Shown one piece after another: positions 1 to 12,496 of a stretch of 64,000 nucleotides of DNA. Position 1 is the stretch's first letter. Every line of letters starts with the position of its first letter. Below the pieces are notes generated by a model, which worked only from the letters and a program-made list of their open reading frames with translations, had not been told where the DNA came from and made no database searches. Source of the DNA: Alloascoidea hylecoeti (taxonomy: Eukaryota); NCBI GenBank assembly GCA_001600815.1, contig BCKZ01000017.1, forward strand, positions 349,970 to 413,969, given 5' to 3'. A program made the translations under genes and the position numbers.

Positions 1-553
1 CAACTACAAATCCGCAGCCAAATATATATCAACACATCGATCTATCAATTCCAACTACAAATCCGCAGCCAAATATATATCAACACATCGATCCATTAAT
101 TCCAACTACCAGTATGCAACTATTTGATCAACCAAGATCAACTGGTTCCATATCGTCAATGACAGCCACAAACAACAAGAGTATTAACCCCGAGCCATCA
201 ATCCCAACTACCGGTATGCATCTATTTGATCCATTTGATCAACCAAGATCAACTTCCATATCGTCAATGACAGCCGCAAACTACAACAGTACATGTATTA
301 ATCCCAGAGCCACACTTTTTNNAGCCCAANCCGACATAGATGATNTAGGAGGAGAAATAATGTATTAGAATTTTAACTAGCTAAATAACTTTGCTTTCTG
401 TTTTCTTGAATATTCTTGTTTTGATTTTCCTTCAAAAAAAGACAAGCACCCTTTCCATTTGCAAACAATTAATTGATATACATTTATAGTTCATAATTTG
501 ATTAAATTATTTTGTCTATAAATAATTAATGACAATATGGTATAATATAGACA
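1..553 (+). mobile_element. 3' part of orphan-ORF repeat element (copy 1, runs off window start), ending in PPT + LTR-like TGT...ACA segment (361-553)
   Basis: Near-identical to the reverse complement of ~12497-13090, including N positions. Purine tract AGGAGGAGAAATAA directly precedes TGT at 361, and homology ends at GACA (550-553). Confidence 0.6.
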
Positions 554-862
554 CAAGAATCAAAAGATTATTTTCGTCACACTTGTTCACTGGCCGTGTA
601 ATTTTTTTCTTGAACTACTATGTATGACTTATAATTATCTAAGAATCCGATATTGCAATTAAAAACTTGAGCTCCTTAAACTTTAAAGTGTCTGGCTGAA
701 TTCAATTAATGTTAATCATTATTTCACGAAATTCATACGAATTCATGTAGTTAAAAAAAAATAACAACATTGATCCGCTCCGCCAAATACGCTTAGTTAA
801 GTATTTTAAATTTTGCTAACTTCACCTTCAATTGAAAATTAAATATTTGTCAATATACATAA

Positions 863-1380
863 ATGTCAATTCCATCAGAACAAACAGCTGTAGTTGCAGG
901 AACAGATTCTCTCATCATCAAGGAAGTTCCTGTCCTTCTATTAAACCAAATAAAAAATTTGTTAAGATCGATGCTGCTGCAATTAACCCTACAGACTGGA
1001 AAAATCTCCTTTACGGCTTATCTGGACCTGGTGCCATTGCAGGTTGCGATTTAGCTGGTACTGTAGTTAAAGTTGGATCTGAGGTTACAAAAAAGTTGTT
1101 GATACTGGAATTGCTTTAATGAATGGTTCGAATAAAACCCGGCCACATAATGGAGCTTTTTCCTGCTGGATATATGGCAATACAGGCATTTGAAATCAAA
1201 TTTTGCACTATGCTACTGTTAAATCTCACGCATCTTTTAAGTTGAATAGTTTGAAGAGATCTAAATTTAATAATATTCCAAGAGGTATTCCAACTACTTT
1301 TGAAAGTGCTTATTCATTGGGAGCTGCTTTAGTATGCATTACAATTAGTACATACATATAGTAAAATAAGCTCTCCACCT
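863..1380 (+). pseudogene. Degraded MDR-family enoyl reductase / zinc-type alcohol dehydrogenase-like gene (YNL134C/YLR460C type)
   Basis: MSIPSEQTAVV start, then frameshift into VKIDAAAINPTDWK...GAIAGCDLAGTVVKVGSEV. Later frames give GSNKTRPHNGAFS and IPRGIPTTFESA. Multiple frameshifts/stops and no C-terminal half. Confidence 0.8.
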
Positions 1381-4266
1381 AATGATGATAGTTTATTTTA
1401 GACCTTAAAAAGATATAAAAGGAGCCGATGAATTGGGACTTGGAACTAAAACACTGATTTTGATTAATAATATCTCCTTACATTTTTGAAGAATATCACT
1501 AGGGATCTACAAGTATTAATTGCAAAGAGGATTATATTAATATTGTAAAAGGAATAATCCTCTTTGCATAGCATACAGTTTCCGGAAGATTTGCATATAG
1601 TAAATAGTAATTCATTTTTGGAAAGTTAGAGTTGACATATGCTTATTGGCGGCATATCTATCAATAATTTTAAAGTTTTCAAACAATGATAATTCTATAT
1701 AAAATTTATAATCATTAATTGTTATAGAGTCCTTGAATAATTGGTTAAGAGACCCTTAGTTTTTAGTTTTTGTGTAGAGTTTACCACCTAATTGAACTAT
1801 ACAGCCATGATCTTTAATCTGAATTTGAAACAACAAAAAGACCCATCTGTTATGTTTAAGCACTAATATTAACATCATATGTTTATAGTATGGACTCAGG
1901 AGTCTAGTTGAATGATATCCCTCTTCCGATTCCTAATTATCTACGAGCACAGATCTTGCTTCCATATAAGGTTTTATAACATTAATATTATATTAAACAT
2001 CTTGAAGTGCAATCAAAAGTTTAAGCTCAGAAAGATATGATATGCCACTTATCCTGCTAAAACTGAGAGGTATAAGTTTGACTTTCAAGAATATCCAATT
2101 TAATACCGTTCTAACATTTATAATACAATTCAATTAATATAGGCTGCTATAGACTATAGCGAAAGAAGAACTTATTGAGTGATCTTAAGAACAGCTACGG
2201 TTTTTCTTGTATAGCTTATATACTTTATTACTTTTCCAACTCCCATAAAATTTTGCCTACTCATTCCACCCGTTTGAGTTGGGGCCTCTCTTATACCTCC
2301 AAAATTGATACTAAGGAACGACACATAGTATAAGTTATATCTAAGATTTTATACATGTACAAAGAATTTTATTATTGAATATTACAATTTACAAAATTAA
2401 CAATTGCAAAATATATTAAAGAAATTCTCTTAATCTAGATTTAGATTAAATGTATTCTAATTAATTGGAATCATTGAAATCACATCTGAAGATGTATACT
2501 AAATTAATTCATTTGAAAAATGAAACATTTTTAAATTAACAATTATTGAACCTGTACATGTATAACGCGTTAACCATTATAATTAGGGTATAATTTTACA
2601 ATTACTATTTGAACATTGATAGTTGAATTTGTTCTTCAAAATCTACTTTTTCTAATAATGATTCGAGTTCCTTGAACATGACATTACTATCGTTACTAAT
2701 ATCTCCAAGAATAACTTTTCGAGCATTTCCATTATCAGTAGCGTGTTCATATGCTACACTTATTTTAAGATTGTCGGTGGAAGCAGGAATAACTGAAGAA
2801 ACCGAATTAACCGATCCAACTGAATCAACAGGAATATCTGGTATAATTGGAATTGATTTTATAATAATATTTATAATAATATTTATAATCACCAAGGTTC
2901 TCATCGAAAAGATCATAGGAAGAGCATATTAAAGTACCTCTTAATGGGAAGTGTCTCCCTATCGCTATCATGGACAGCAGGATCAGACACTGTCTAGACA
3001 ACGATTTTCAACTCAAATGCTCGGTCATTCTCAACTCTGTCAGGACGTTATCCAGAGGAACTCTGGAGAGTTCTGATCTTCTTCGGAGGTTTAGGTCTAA
3101 AGAAGCTCGAGATATGGCTATCCGCCTCGGAGTCAACATCCAGAGCAGAGTTATTTACTTTTGTATTGTTCTGGCTAACAGTATCCTTCGTAACTCTATT
3201 TATAAATATTGCTTTAACTCTAGATAGCACCATGGATCTAAAGTTTCAAGAAGGTTTGTATACTTAACCAGGAGCTGAGTCCCCACACAATTCCCCTCAT
3301 ACCTGTTTGTTCGCTGAGTTCAGAAAATAAATTACAACCTATACTATCTAATTCTATAGTAATATCTACTACGGAGTCTCACAGAGTCGGATCAATTTTG
3401 GATGGTGTTCCCAGCCAACACGCTTACTAAACATTGTCAGACACCCAAATTGTCCGAATCATCATTATAATGGTAATCAGATCTAAATCTTCACAAATCG
3501 GTACCTGGCGTTGTAATAAACAAGATTAATTATTATATAATTTATATCAAGAACCCAATCAGGTATCTCTTTATCCGAAAGAATATAAAATAACCAATTT
3601 TTTAAACCTAATCGATAACTTAATAAACTTCCAAAACCAATAACGAGCATTTTATGGATGAATCCAGCAAATTATGAAACGTTTTAGAATGGTAGTGCCT
3701 GCATGATGAAACTTCTCTGCATTATATCAATAATCTATTTATAGTTTATATTGTTTAAACAATCCTATCAATATTAGATTGTTCATCCTCCTTATACATA
3801 CAATAGCAGAATGCCAATGTCAATGCCAAAGTAAGCCTTAAATCACCAAGTAACTATTATATATATATATTAAATTATTAACTAAATTTTTTAAACAAAA
3901 ATTGTAATATTGTAGTACAAAAAAGATAAAAAAAAAAGACAATTAGATGAATAAAGTCAATTAAAATTGCAATTGAGATTTTATTGAAATTGAATTTGGA
4001 TAACAAACATTTACATATAGAAATCAATGATTATAATAATAACAGTAATAACGGCTATTGAATAAAAGGAATGAGAATAGAAAAAAAGAGAATGTAATTA
4101 TTAATGAGACACTAGAATAAATTGTGACTCATTTGTAGAGTTGGGTTAAGTTTAGTTTAATTAGTTTAAAAATTGGATGGAGAAAATCAGAAATCAAAAA
4201 TCAAAAATATTAAAAAAAGAATCAAATTTAAATATCAGAAGTCAGAATTCAAAAATAAAATATATA

Positions 4267-4269
<3 letters not shown>

Positions 4270-4301
<32 letters not shown>

Positions 4302-4314
4302 AAAAAAAAAAAAA

Positions 4315-4388
<74 letters not shown>
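4270..4388 (+). repeat. ~115-nt poly(A) tract with few interruptions, followed by T tracts
   Basis: Directly visible homopolymer run. Confidence 0.95.
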
Positions 4389-4389
<1 letters not shown>

Positions 4390-4760
4390 ATCCAATTAAA
4401 AAAAAAAAACTAAACAAAAAATTTCCTTTTTTTTTTTTTTATTTATTAATTTTTTTTTTTTTATTCTTAGATAGATTTTATCTGCTTTGTTGTATATTGT
4501 TGTAATAAGAATAGATGGATATGCTTTGAAAATAAAATTAGTATTGAACTAGAATGTAATCAAATATTTTTTTAAAAATAAAAAAAAAATAGATTTGGAA
4601 ATTTGGAAATTTGGAATATAGGAGTTTAATTTAGATTGATTTTTAGATTAATTTGAATAGATTATAATGATGATAAAAACCATTACAAAAAAAATTGCAG
4701 ATGTAATGAAATAAAGATGAAGAATTTAAAAGCTTTATCAATAAATATTATTGTTAAAAA

Positions 4761-5457
4761 TTAAATATAATATTTATCCCAAACTTCAGAGCATAGTGCC
4801 ATGAATCGTTGTTTATCTTGAGATTGTGATCCATACCTATACTTAATTCTTCTTTTTAAATTTCCATTAAAATTATCATTACCATTTCCATATCCATTTG
4901 TAGTTGTTGGATTATGTTGAAAATTTTTTGGATTTGGAATTTCTAAATGTTGAAATTTAAAAGGTTTTGCATCTTCTTCAATTGCATTACTTTCAACATC
5001 ATCTAATTCACTTTCACTTTCGTTATCATTATTATTTTTATTTATTATTTTTGTTGATGATTCATTTGGTGGAGTTAAATTTTGTGGTTGTGGATGAGAG
5101 TTAGATTGAAATGAAAATACTTCATTTCTTGCACTAAAAGGCTGACTTGAAACAGGAGCCATTCGAATTGATTCATCAGGAAATACATCAGCAACATGAG
5201 GACTTTGAACTGAATTAGTTGGAGCGGCATCAATAGGAGTTGGATACCATGGAAATCTATGCCTTGGCGGAGCAGATTTTGGAGCAATCTGTATGGTTGA
5301 GGGCGTTTCCCATTGACGACGAGGTAATGTTGTTAATGGAGGTGGTACATTTTTTTTAGATCTTTTTGCAGAATAAGAGTTTGTTGATAAATTATCAATA
5401 GATCTTTTTGGAGCATGAATAGTTTGGGTTGTGATTGGAGTTTGATTAAGTATAACT

Positions 5458-5489
<32 letters not shown>

Positions 5490-5966
5490 TGTATTATTAT
5501 TATTTGTATTATTAATATTTGTAGACGAAGATGAAAAAGAAGTTGAAGTTGAAGTTCTTTGAGCAATCAATTCACGTTGTTTTGCTTCAATAGTTTTTGA
5601 AAGAATAACAGCAGATTTCATATCACGCATCATATTTTGAGGTAAACCGGGAGATATACATTTTATAGCAAGATCCATTGATTTTGAAGAGTTATAATTA
5701 ATATTTGAAGTACTTAAATCTAAAGCAGCAGGTTTTCTACGTTGTTTAACTTCAACATTTGAATTTTTTAATTTTGAATCTTTTGAATTTGAATTTGGAT
5801 TTGAATTTAAATCTTTTGAAGATATATTTGAAGATGAAGTTGAAGAAGAATCTATAATTAGATTTGTTTTAGAAAGTTTTTCAGAAGATAATATTGAATT
5901 ATCTTGTTTGGGAGAAGCTTTGGAGTTAAGGGCGGGATTTGGGGATTTTGGTGGTGCTGGGCCCAT
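4761..5966 (-). CDS. Low-complexity protein, possibly Dig1/Dig2-like MAPK-regulated Ste12 repressor
   Basis: Open frame from ATG 5966 (MGPAPP...). MAPK D-motif-like peptides KQRRKPAALDL and KRSKKNVPPPL, and a C-terminal DKQRFMALCSEVWD resembling the Dig1/2 terminal motif. Poly-Asn tract. Confidence 0.5.
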
Positions 5967-6132
5967 TTTTTTTAGTTTGTAAATATGTGTGTGTGTTTGG
6001 GAGAAAAGTACAAAAAGTAACAAATTTTAAAAATGGAGGAGCAATTTGTGTTTCACTTGTAAATTCTCAAACATTAATTTATGCAGAAAAGTTTACGTTA
6101 TTTTTAACTTTTTTTTCTTTTATCTCTTGGAA

Positions 6133-7092
6133 ATGTTTAGGAATATTATTAAATTTAGAGAAAGTTCAAGAAATTATTCGACTTATAAAAGATTTAAAAA
6201 TGGTAGGGGAAATGGGAATTTTAATATCAATTTGAATGCTAATGGACGAAAATGGGTTGGATATTCAATTTTAACAGTAGGATTGATCTACTTCTATAAT
6301 CTTGATTCAGCACCAATAACAGGAAGAAGACGATTTCTACTGACGACGCCATGGATTGAAAAACAGATTGGAGAAGCAGCTTATAGTCGACTAATGGACC
6401 AATACCAAGGGAAACTAATCGCTTCGAATGATTTGTTATATAAAAGAGTTTATAAAATAATGTCGAAACTGACAAGTTCATCTCCAGAATTGAAGGATAT
6501 TGGAGATTATAAGATCCATGTTATTTACGAACCAAATTCGCCCCCAAATGCGTTTGTCTTTCCCGGCGGACAGGTGTTTGTGTTATCCAACATGCTGTCG
6601 ATTACCAACGATTCACAGTTGGCATTTGTGCTTTCTCATGAATTGGCACACGTTCTGGCAAGACACACCGGAGAACAGTTGTCGTCGTCGCCGTTCTTAG
6701 CGGCACTGAGCACGGGGTTGTATCTGGCGACAGGAATGGAGATGCCGATCAGGTTCTTGGTCCGGCTTGTTTTCAAGCTGCCGTCGTCGCGCACAGCGGA
6801 GGCCGAGGCCGACCAGATAGGGCTGGTCCTGATGAGCCGAGCGTGTTTCGACCCGGCCGAGGCTGTGCACTTCTGGGAGCAGCGGCGGTCCCGAGGCGTT
6901 CGCGAGTCCCGAGGCGTCCGCGAGGGGGCCGTTCGCGAGGGGCAGCTGGAAGGTTTCTTCAGCACCCATCCCACAGACGCGCAGCGGGTGGCGGCGCTCC
7001 GCACGCAGGTTCCCGGGGCAACGCGCACCCGGGAGATGTGTGGGTGTTCGCCTCTGCAGACAGACTTTTTTAGTTTATCGGCTTTCATGTAA
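6133..7092 (+). CDS. OMA1: Mitochondrial M48 metalloendopeptidase Oma1
   Basis: APITGRRRF, PNAFVFPGG, HELAH (HExxH), EAEADQIG, FFSTHP motifs. Basic N-terminal presequence from ATG 6133. Confidence 0.93.
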   Translation: MFRNIIKFRESSRNYSTYKRFKNGRGNGNFNINLNANGRKWVGYSILTVGLIYFYNLDSAPITGRRRFLLTTPWIEKQIGEAAYSRLMDQYQGKLIASNDLLYKRVYKIMSKLTSSSPELKDIGDYKIHVIYEPNSPPNAFVFPGGQVFVLSNMLSITNDSQLAFVLSHELAHVLARHTGEQLSSSPFLAALSTGLYLATGMEMPIRFLVRLVFKLPSSRTAEAEADQIGLVLMSRACFDPAEAVHFWEQRRSRGVRESRGVREGAVREGQLEGFFSTHPTDAQRVAALRTQVPGATRTREMCGCSPLQTDFFSLSAFM

Positions 7093-7130
7093 CCTTCTTT
7101 TACACTTTTCCGCTCGTTGCAAATATAAAA

Positions 7131-8990
7131 ATGTCCAGTACCACCTCCATCCTCGTCGCTGCCTTCGTGGCGGCCCCTGCCTTCGTCTCGTTCTGTCTGC
7201 TGTTCATCGTGTGGCTGAGGACCAGGCGATCCTTCAAGCAGCGCGAGCTGCAGGAGGCCACAATGGGCTCAATGGGCCTGTCCGAAGAGGTTAACTTGAA
7301 TCTGGCCGACTACGCTAACGACATTAAGCAGAAGGAGTCTTCAGCCCATGATACCCAGCTTGAAATGGCAAGGGACTCTTCCTACTCCTCAATCCCAACC
7401 TCCGCTTACAACGAACACACGGGCTACAACACTTTTTTCAGTCTGATTCCGGTCTCAACTGCTGATATCACCGATCATCACAATTCTTATGCAATGTCCT
7501 TACCTTCGTTGGTCGAAAGATACCCGCCTCCTGCTTTGTCCGTTCAAAGTATTAGGAGCGCCAACAGCTCCAGAAGAAATAGTTTGGACTCTTTAACTTC
7601 TCATTCTTTCTCCCGTCCAAGTTTACACTTTTCACATTTACACTTAAATTCTTCACAACCAAATCTAGTATCTTCAAATTCTCCACTGTCTCAGTCTTGC
7701 TCGCAGTCAAATTTGTTATCTCATTCAAAATTAAATAATAATGTTTCAACTTTTTCAACTGAAAATACTGATGATATTGAAACCGTTGATGAAAAAGATG
7801 AGCCACTGCACTTAAAACCTAAAATCACTGAGACAAATCTACAAACCACCAACAATATCAACCTGACTACAAAACATTCTATTGTCAGTGATTCTTCAGC
7901 TACTACCGACTCATCCTTACGTTCTCACTCACCCTTGGATGCGATTAACCCTGACGATTCTTTTACAGATGCTGAAACACATAATCCTTCCCCTATTATA
8001 ATAAAAACTATTCCTTCTTTAAACACCGCCACAACAAATTCAACAATAACAATAACACAGACTCCTCCTCCTCTTTCAATCCCAAATCGTTACATTAATA
8101 ATCAAGATATCGATACTAATCCCCCAAATATCCCAAATATGTCTAAAAACTTGCATGCTAAAAAAAATAAACCTTCTCTTCCAAACTTAAAATTCCCTCC
8201 TCCACAACAAAATGATTTAAATTTAAATTCAAATTCAATTTCAAATTCAAATTTAAATTCAAATTCAATTTCAATTTCAATTTCAATTTCAAATCCAAAC
8301 CCGATATTAACGGATTTGTTATCACCACCTGTTATTCCAAAACCAAGAAAATCAAAACCCCATTTACATCAACAACATCAACATCCAAAACCAAAATCTC
8401 CACAATTATCATCATCATCATCAATATCATCATCATCATCTACATTAAACACAACAACATCATTGAAATCAATTTCAATTGTAAATTCTACAAATTCAAA
8501 TCCAGCTTCACCAAATGTTTCATCTTCTTTACGTTTTGAATCATCAGAAATTCAATTACATAAACAAAAACAAAAATTAATTAATAATATAACTAATAAA
8601 AATTCAATATCTGATACAAATTTTTTAGAATTTGATTCAATACCAACAAATAATTCAATTTCTAATTCTAATTCTAATTCTAATTCAAGTAATACAAATA
8701 GAAATAAAAAAAATAGAAATAAAAATAAAAATCATAGACTTAATAATGGAAATGGAAATGGAAATGGGAATGATTTCATGTTACCAGACATGACTCCTAA
8801 TTTTACTAAAAAAAGATATATACCTGCTGGTACAATCACATCATTAGCATCATCATCATCAACAACAAATAATAATAATAATAATAGAAATGATAATGAA
8901 AATAGTAATGGTAATGGTAATGTTAATGGTATACCATTAGATATTACGGATATGGGTAAAGAATTAGGTATTCCTGGTATGGTTCATTGA
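7131..8990 (+). CDS. Single-pass membrane protein with long S/N/P-rich cytoplasmic tail (possibly Skg6/Tos2-like)
   Basis: 619-aa ORF with an N-terminal hydrophobic helix followed by a basic patch and a disordered tail containing KKRYIPAG. Family assignment is weak. Confidence 0.65.
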   Translation: MSSTTSILVAAFVAAPAFVSFCLLFIVWLRTRRSFKQRELQEATMGSMGLSEEVNLNLADYANDIKQKESSAHDTQLEMARDSSYSSIPTSAYNEHTGYNTFFSLIPVSTADITDHHNSYAMSLPSLVERYPPPALSVQSIRSANSSRRNSLDSLTSHSFSRPSLHFSHLHLNSSQPNLVSSNSPLSQSCSQSNLLSHSKLNNNVSTFSTENTDDIETVDEKDEPLHLKPKITETNLQTTNNINLTTKHSIVSDSSATTDSSLRSHSPLDAINPDDSFTDAETHNPSPIIIKTIPSLNTATTNSTITITQTPPPLSIPNRYINNQDIDTNPPNIPNMSKNLHAKKNKPSLPNLKFPPPQQNDLNLNSNSISNSNLNSNSISISISISNPNPILTDLLSPPVIPKPRKSKPHLHQQHQHPKPKSPQLSSSSSISSSSSTLNTTTSLKSISIVNSTNSNPASPNVSSSLRFESSEIQLHKQKQKLINNITNKNSISDTNFLEFDSIPTNNSISNSNSNSNSSNTNRNKKNRNKNKNHRLNNGNGNGNGNDFMLPDMTPNFTKKRYIPAGTITSLASSSSTTNNNNNNRNDNENSNGNGNVNGIPLDITDMGKELGIPGMVH

Positions 8991-11884
8991 TTATCATCAA
9001 ATTGAAAATAAAAGAAAAAAAAAACTTTCATAAAAAGTTATCACTGTTTTATTCATTTATTCATTATGCTTTCACGTTATCATTGATTTTTCCTATTTAA
9101 TGTCATAATCATGATTAAGTAATTATTATTAATCCAATCAAAAGAAAAAAAATGACTCTATTCCTAATTTATATTTATTAATGTTAATGTTAATGTTATC
9201 CTATTTATATATATATTTGAAATTCTTGAGACTTATTCATTTAATTTTTTTTTTTTTTNTTTTTTTTTTTTTTTTTCTCTAGACTAGTACTACTAGTACA
9301 ATTGCGATTGGAAATACAATATTAGCTATAGAATATATATATTATTTTCAAAATTCTTGTTATATATCTGGGGTAATTGATTCAATTTGCTGGACTTTTT
9401 GATCTTTGTTTTTTGATTTTCGACGTTTGATTTCTGATGTTATTGGATTCTAGTTTTTTTGAATTCTAATTTTTTTTTTGATACTTTTGATTTCTTGTAT
9501 CTCACTTAAGCTTACTTAACTTATTAATATTCATAATGTAAGTTTTATAAAACCAACTTGGGGTTTCTTTAAAAGAGAAAAGGGGAATGAATGATGTTGA
9601 TTTTTCAGATAATTCTTTTAAAATTGGAGGTAGAAAATATAATTTGTCATTGTTATTATCATTATCACCTTGATACATAACTATAACTGTTTAAAATATA
9701 TCCTACCATTTCATATTTATACGTCGATATACTTAACTCCTCCCTAGGTATTCTCATAATTTTTAAATAATATAAATAGATTTAGATATCCTTTATAATA
9801 TATATATATATACTCATTCTATCAATAACTTTTGATAATCATAGAATTGGTATGAAAAGTAATAAATTCTTTAGTCCCAACAATTTTAAATGATCCTGTT
9901 ATTATAGATTAAGCTATAAATTATCTTAATACTATCATTTTTATTTTAACTCTTAGAAAACTATCTTAAATTTGTTTACTTTCCTTTGATTATTCGAGTG
10001 AAAGGTCATCTTTGTTTACTTTTGTTAGAGTGTTTTGGAATGAACCTCATCGCATCAACAATTGCATTCAACATTTATCCTGGACACAGTCAATGTAAGC
10101 CATTCTGGCTAGTAATTATCGGTCGCATTGTTACCCGTCAATATGCAGGATAATCTTTTGAATATAAACTATGAAAAAGGCCGCTCATTAGTAACCAGAA
10201 TGGCCAACATTAAGTGGAATGGCTGTATGTATCAGCGCCGATTCAGCGGGAAGTTTTAATAAAATGCTTCAACGAATTCAGTAAATATCAATTCCCCCTT
10301 TGGATCCAAATCAACATGGAAATATTAATGTCATTTGAAATCATTGTATAATAATAATTTGAGTAGTAGCATTGAGTGCATATTTATTGCTCTTACATTT
10401 TTAAGCTTAAACCTTAAAATAACCTGTTTAAGTCTAGCATTTAAATTTGTTTAATATATGGTAGAAGCTTTATACTCTAAATTATAAATATATACATGCA
10501 TGTATGTTTCTGGTTCAATGATTTGGCCTGACTTTCGTGGGGTAGATTTAAGTACTATTCTGAACCTATGTCTCAATGATAAAAGATTCTTTTATGTGCC
10601 GAAATTGTTCTATATACATGGCTAATCTTGACTCTGTTGTACAATAGTTCAAATCTATTAATGTTGTTGACATAGTTACAGTATTCTTACAATCACTTAA
10701 CACAAAGTTACATATATAATGAGTTGAAGTTCTTTGAAGTCTCCATTGATGGCACATCCTATTTTTGACAACTATGACAAATCTTGGATCATTCTAAAAC
10801 TTCGGTTGAAAATACTTTCTCTAATGTAAATATCTCATCATTTTCATAAACCTATGGATCACAATTTTAGTATATCGACGAAGTAATCCATCAGTGCAGT
10901 ACATTGATGAACCACCTCAACTTTATAAAACTCCAAAGATCCAGTTTAGTTTCCAAGTTTACTAAGCTTTTTTTTTTTTTTTTTTTTTTTTTGAATACAG
11001 TAGCACTTAAGCTTACTTTAGGACGTAGTACCAACCATTTACATTCGATTAATAGTTTAAAAAGTTTTCATATTAATCTTGAATGATCTTCATGCCTCTT
11101 AATTTCTTTACTTCTTTTTCAGAGTGCTTAAAATTTGATTCAAGAATAAAGAAAAGGAAAAGAAACGGAAATAAAGGGAAATAAAGGGAAAGAAACAAAA
11201 AATAGGACCTTAGAAATTATACGTGGTGTGAGGTAACAAACATCAATGCCTGGCTACATGAATAATGAATTACCACTTTTGAAATAACATGAAATTCATC
11301 CAATCTCAGTTTCTCCCTTTTTTCTTAATCCCCCTTCACACAAAATTGTTACAAAATAATAACTTTTTAAAAATATCAATTTCCCAATTTTAAATTCAGT
11401 TTCAATAATAGTTTTAATCGTTTAATTATAAATATCATAATAGTAATCAATTTTTACCTTCTCTTAATCTGAATTTGAAAATGTTCTTTATTATTAATAA
11501 AGGACACAAATTTATTAAACCTGTTGCTTTGAAATTGTGGCATAGGTGCCGAGGTCGGTTTTCTATATGTGTTTAACTCATAGACCGTAATGATAACTCG
11601 ATCGTCTTGTAATTGCAATTACATATTTATAATCACATAATGTAAATGAATCTTGATAAAAAATCTCCCTTTGAATTATATAACGTAAAATTTCAAAAAT
11701 GAAATGATGCGGCCACCCAAATATATAGCCCTACTGTTTCTAATTTTTTTTATATAGTTATACGAAACAAAACAATGTTCGACAAAGCTTAAAATATAAA
11801 TTCCCAACTCATATACTTCTCACTTAATAATTGAATCAACTCTTTAAATAAGTACTGTTTATTGATAGAGTCATGATTAATTAT

Positions 11885-12496
11885 TAATGACTTATTATAT
11901 TGAAAAAATACTTTTATTCACTGATTTCGTCAAAAAATCAGCCGCGTTTTTTTCACTGTAAACTCTTTTGATAATTTCAATATTATTTTTCCTGAATCTT
12001 TTTCTCAATAAATTAATAATTAGATCAGTTGTTTTTCTTTTACTTTTATATCTGGTATTTAATATCCAAGATATAACCTTCTCATTATCCTCCAAATATG
12101 TTATTTTAATTTTATCTTATAACAACTTTAATATAAAAAAAAAAAAAAAGTTGGCTCTGTCTATGGCCAACAATTCACTGATACTAGAACTTCTTGCAAT
12201 AACAGTCGGCTTTCTCGATAACCAATTGCACAAATTCCCATTAACACACAAATAATGCCTGTAGTAGATTTTCTCGAGTTAACATCAGCAGCATGGTCAG
12301 CATCGACAAAGATGTTTACCATTGCCTTTCCATTCTCATATCCTTTTATTTTCTTAATAATTATACCTTCATCACATGTGTACAACAAATAACGGCCAAT
12401 TTGTACAATTAAATTGTACGTTTCAACAGAAAGATCATCACTAAATCTCATATATCCTAATATATATACCATTTTAAACTCAATATTAATATTTAG
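11885..12496 (-). mobile_element. Ty1/copia retrotransposon relic (RT end + RNase H), frameshifted
   Basis: IFVDADHAADVNSRKSTTGI, then (after a frameshift) NWLSRKPTVIARSSSISELLA, and KNAADFLTKSV. These are hallmark copia RNase H motifs. Confidence 0.88.

Noticed and set aside
1..300. CRISPR-like repeat array
   Set aside because: Eukaryotic context. The repeats are in-frame coding tandem repeats without unique spacers.
4235..4417. Poly-Phe ORF
   Set aside because: Artefact of the poly(A) tract.
6640..6850. Alternative CUG code (Ser/Ala clades)
   Set aside because: CTG codons occupy conserved Leu positions in Oma1 (HVLARH, GLVLMSRAC), consistent with the standard code.
6636..7088. Antisense/overlapping ORFs in OMA1 (and similar shadows in YPK9, SNF2, TPD3)
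   Set aside because: Expected from stop-codon scarcity in GC-rich or codon-biased sequence; no motifs.
10020..10900. Possible hAT transposase relic (WPTLSGMA; ILTGNNATDN)
   Set aside because: The motif-like peptides lie on opposite strands and are too short to be convincing.
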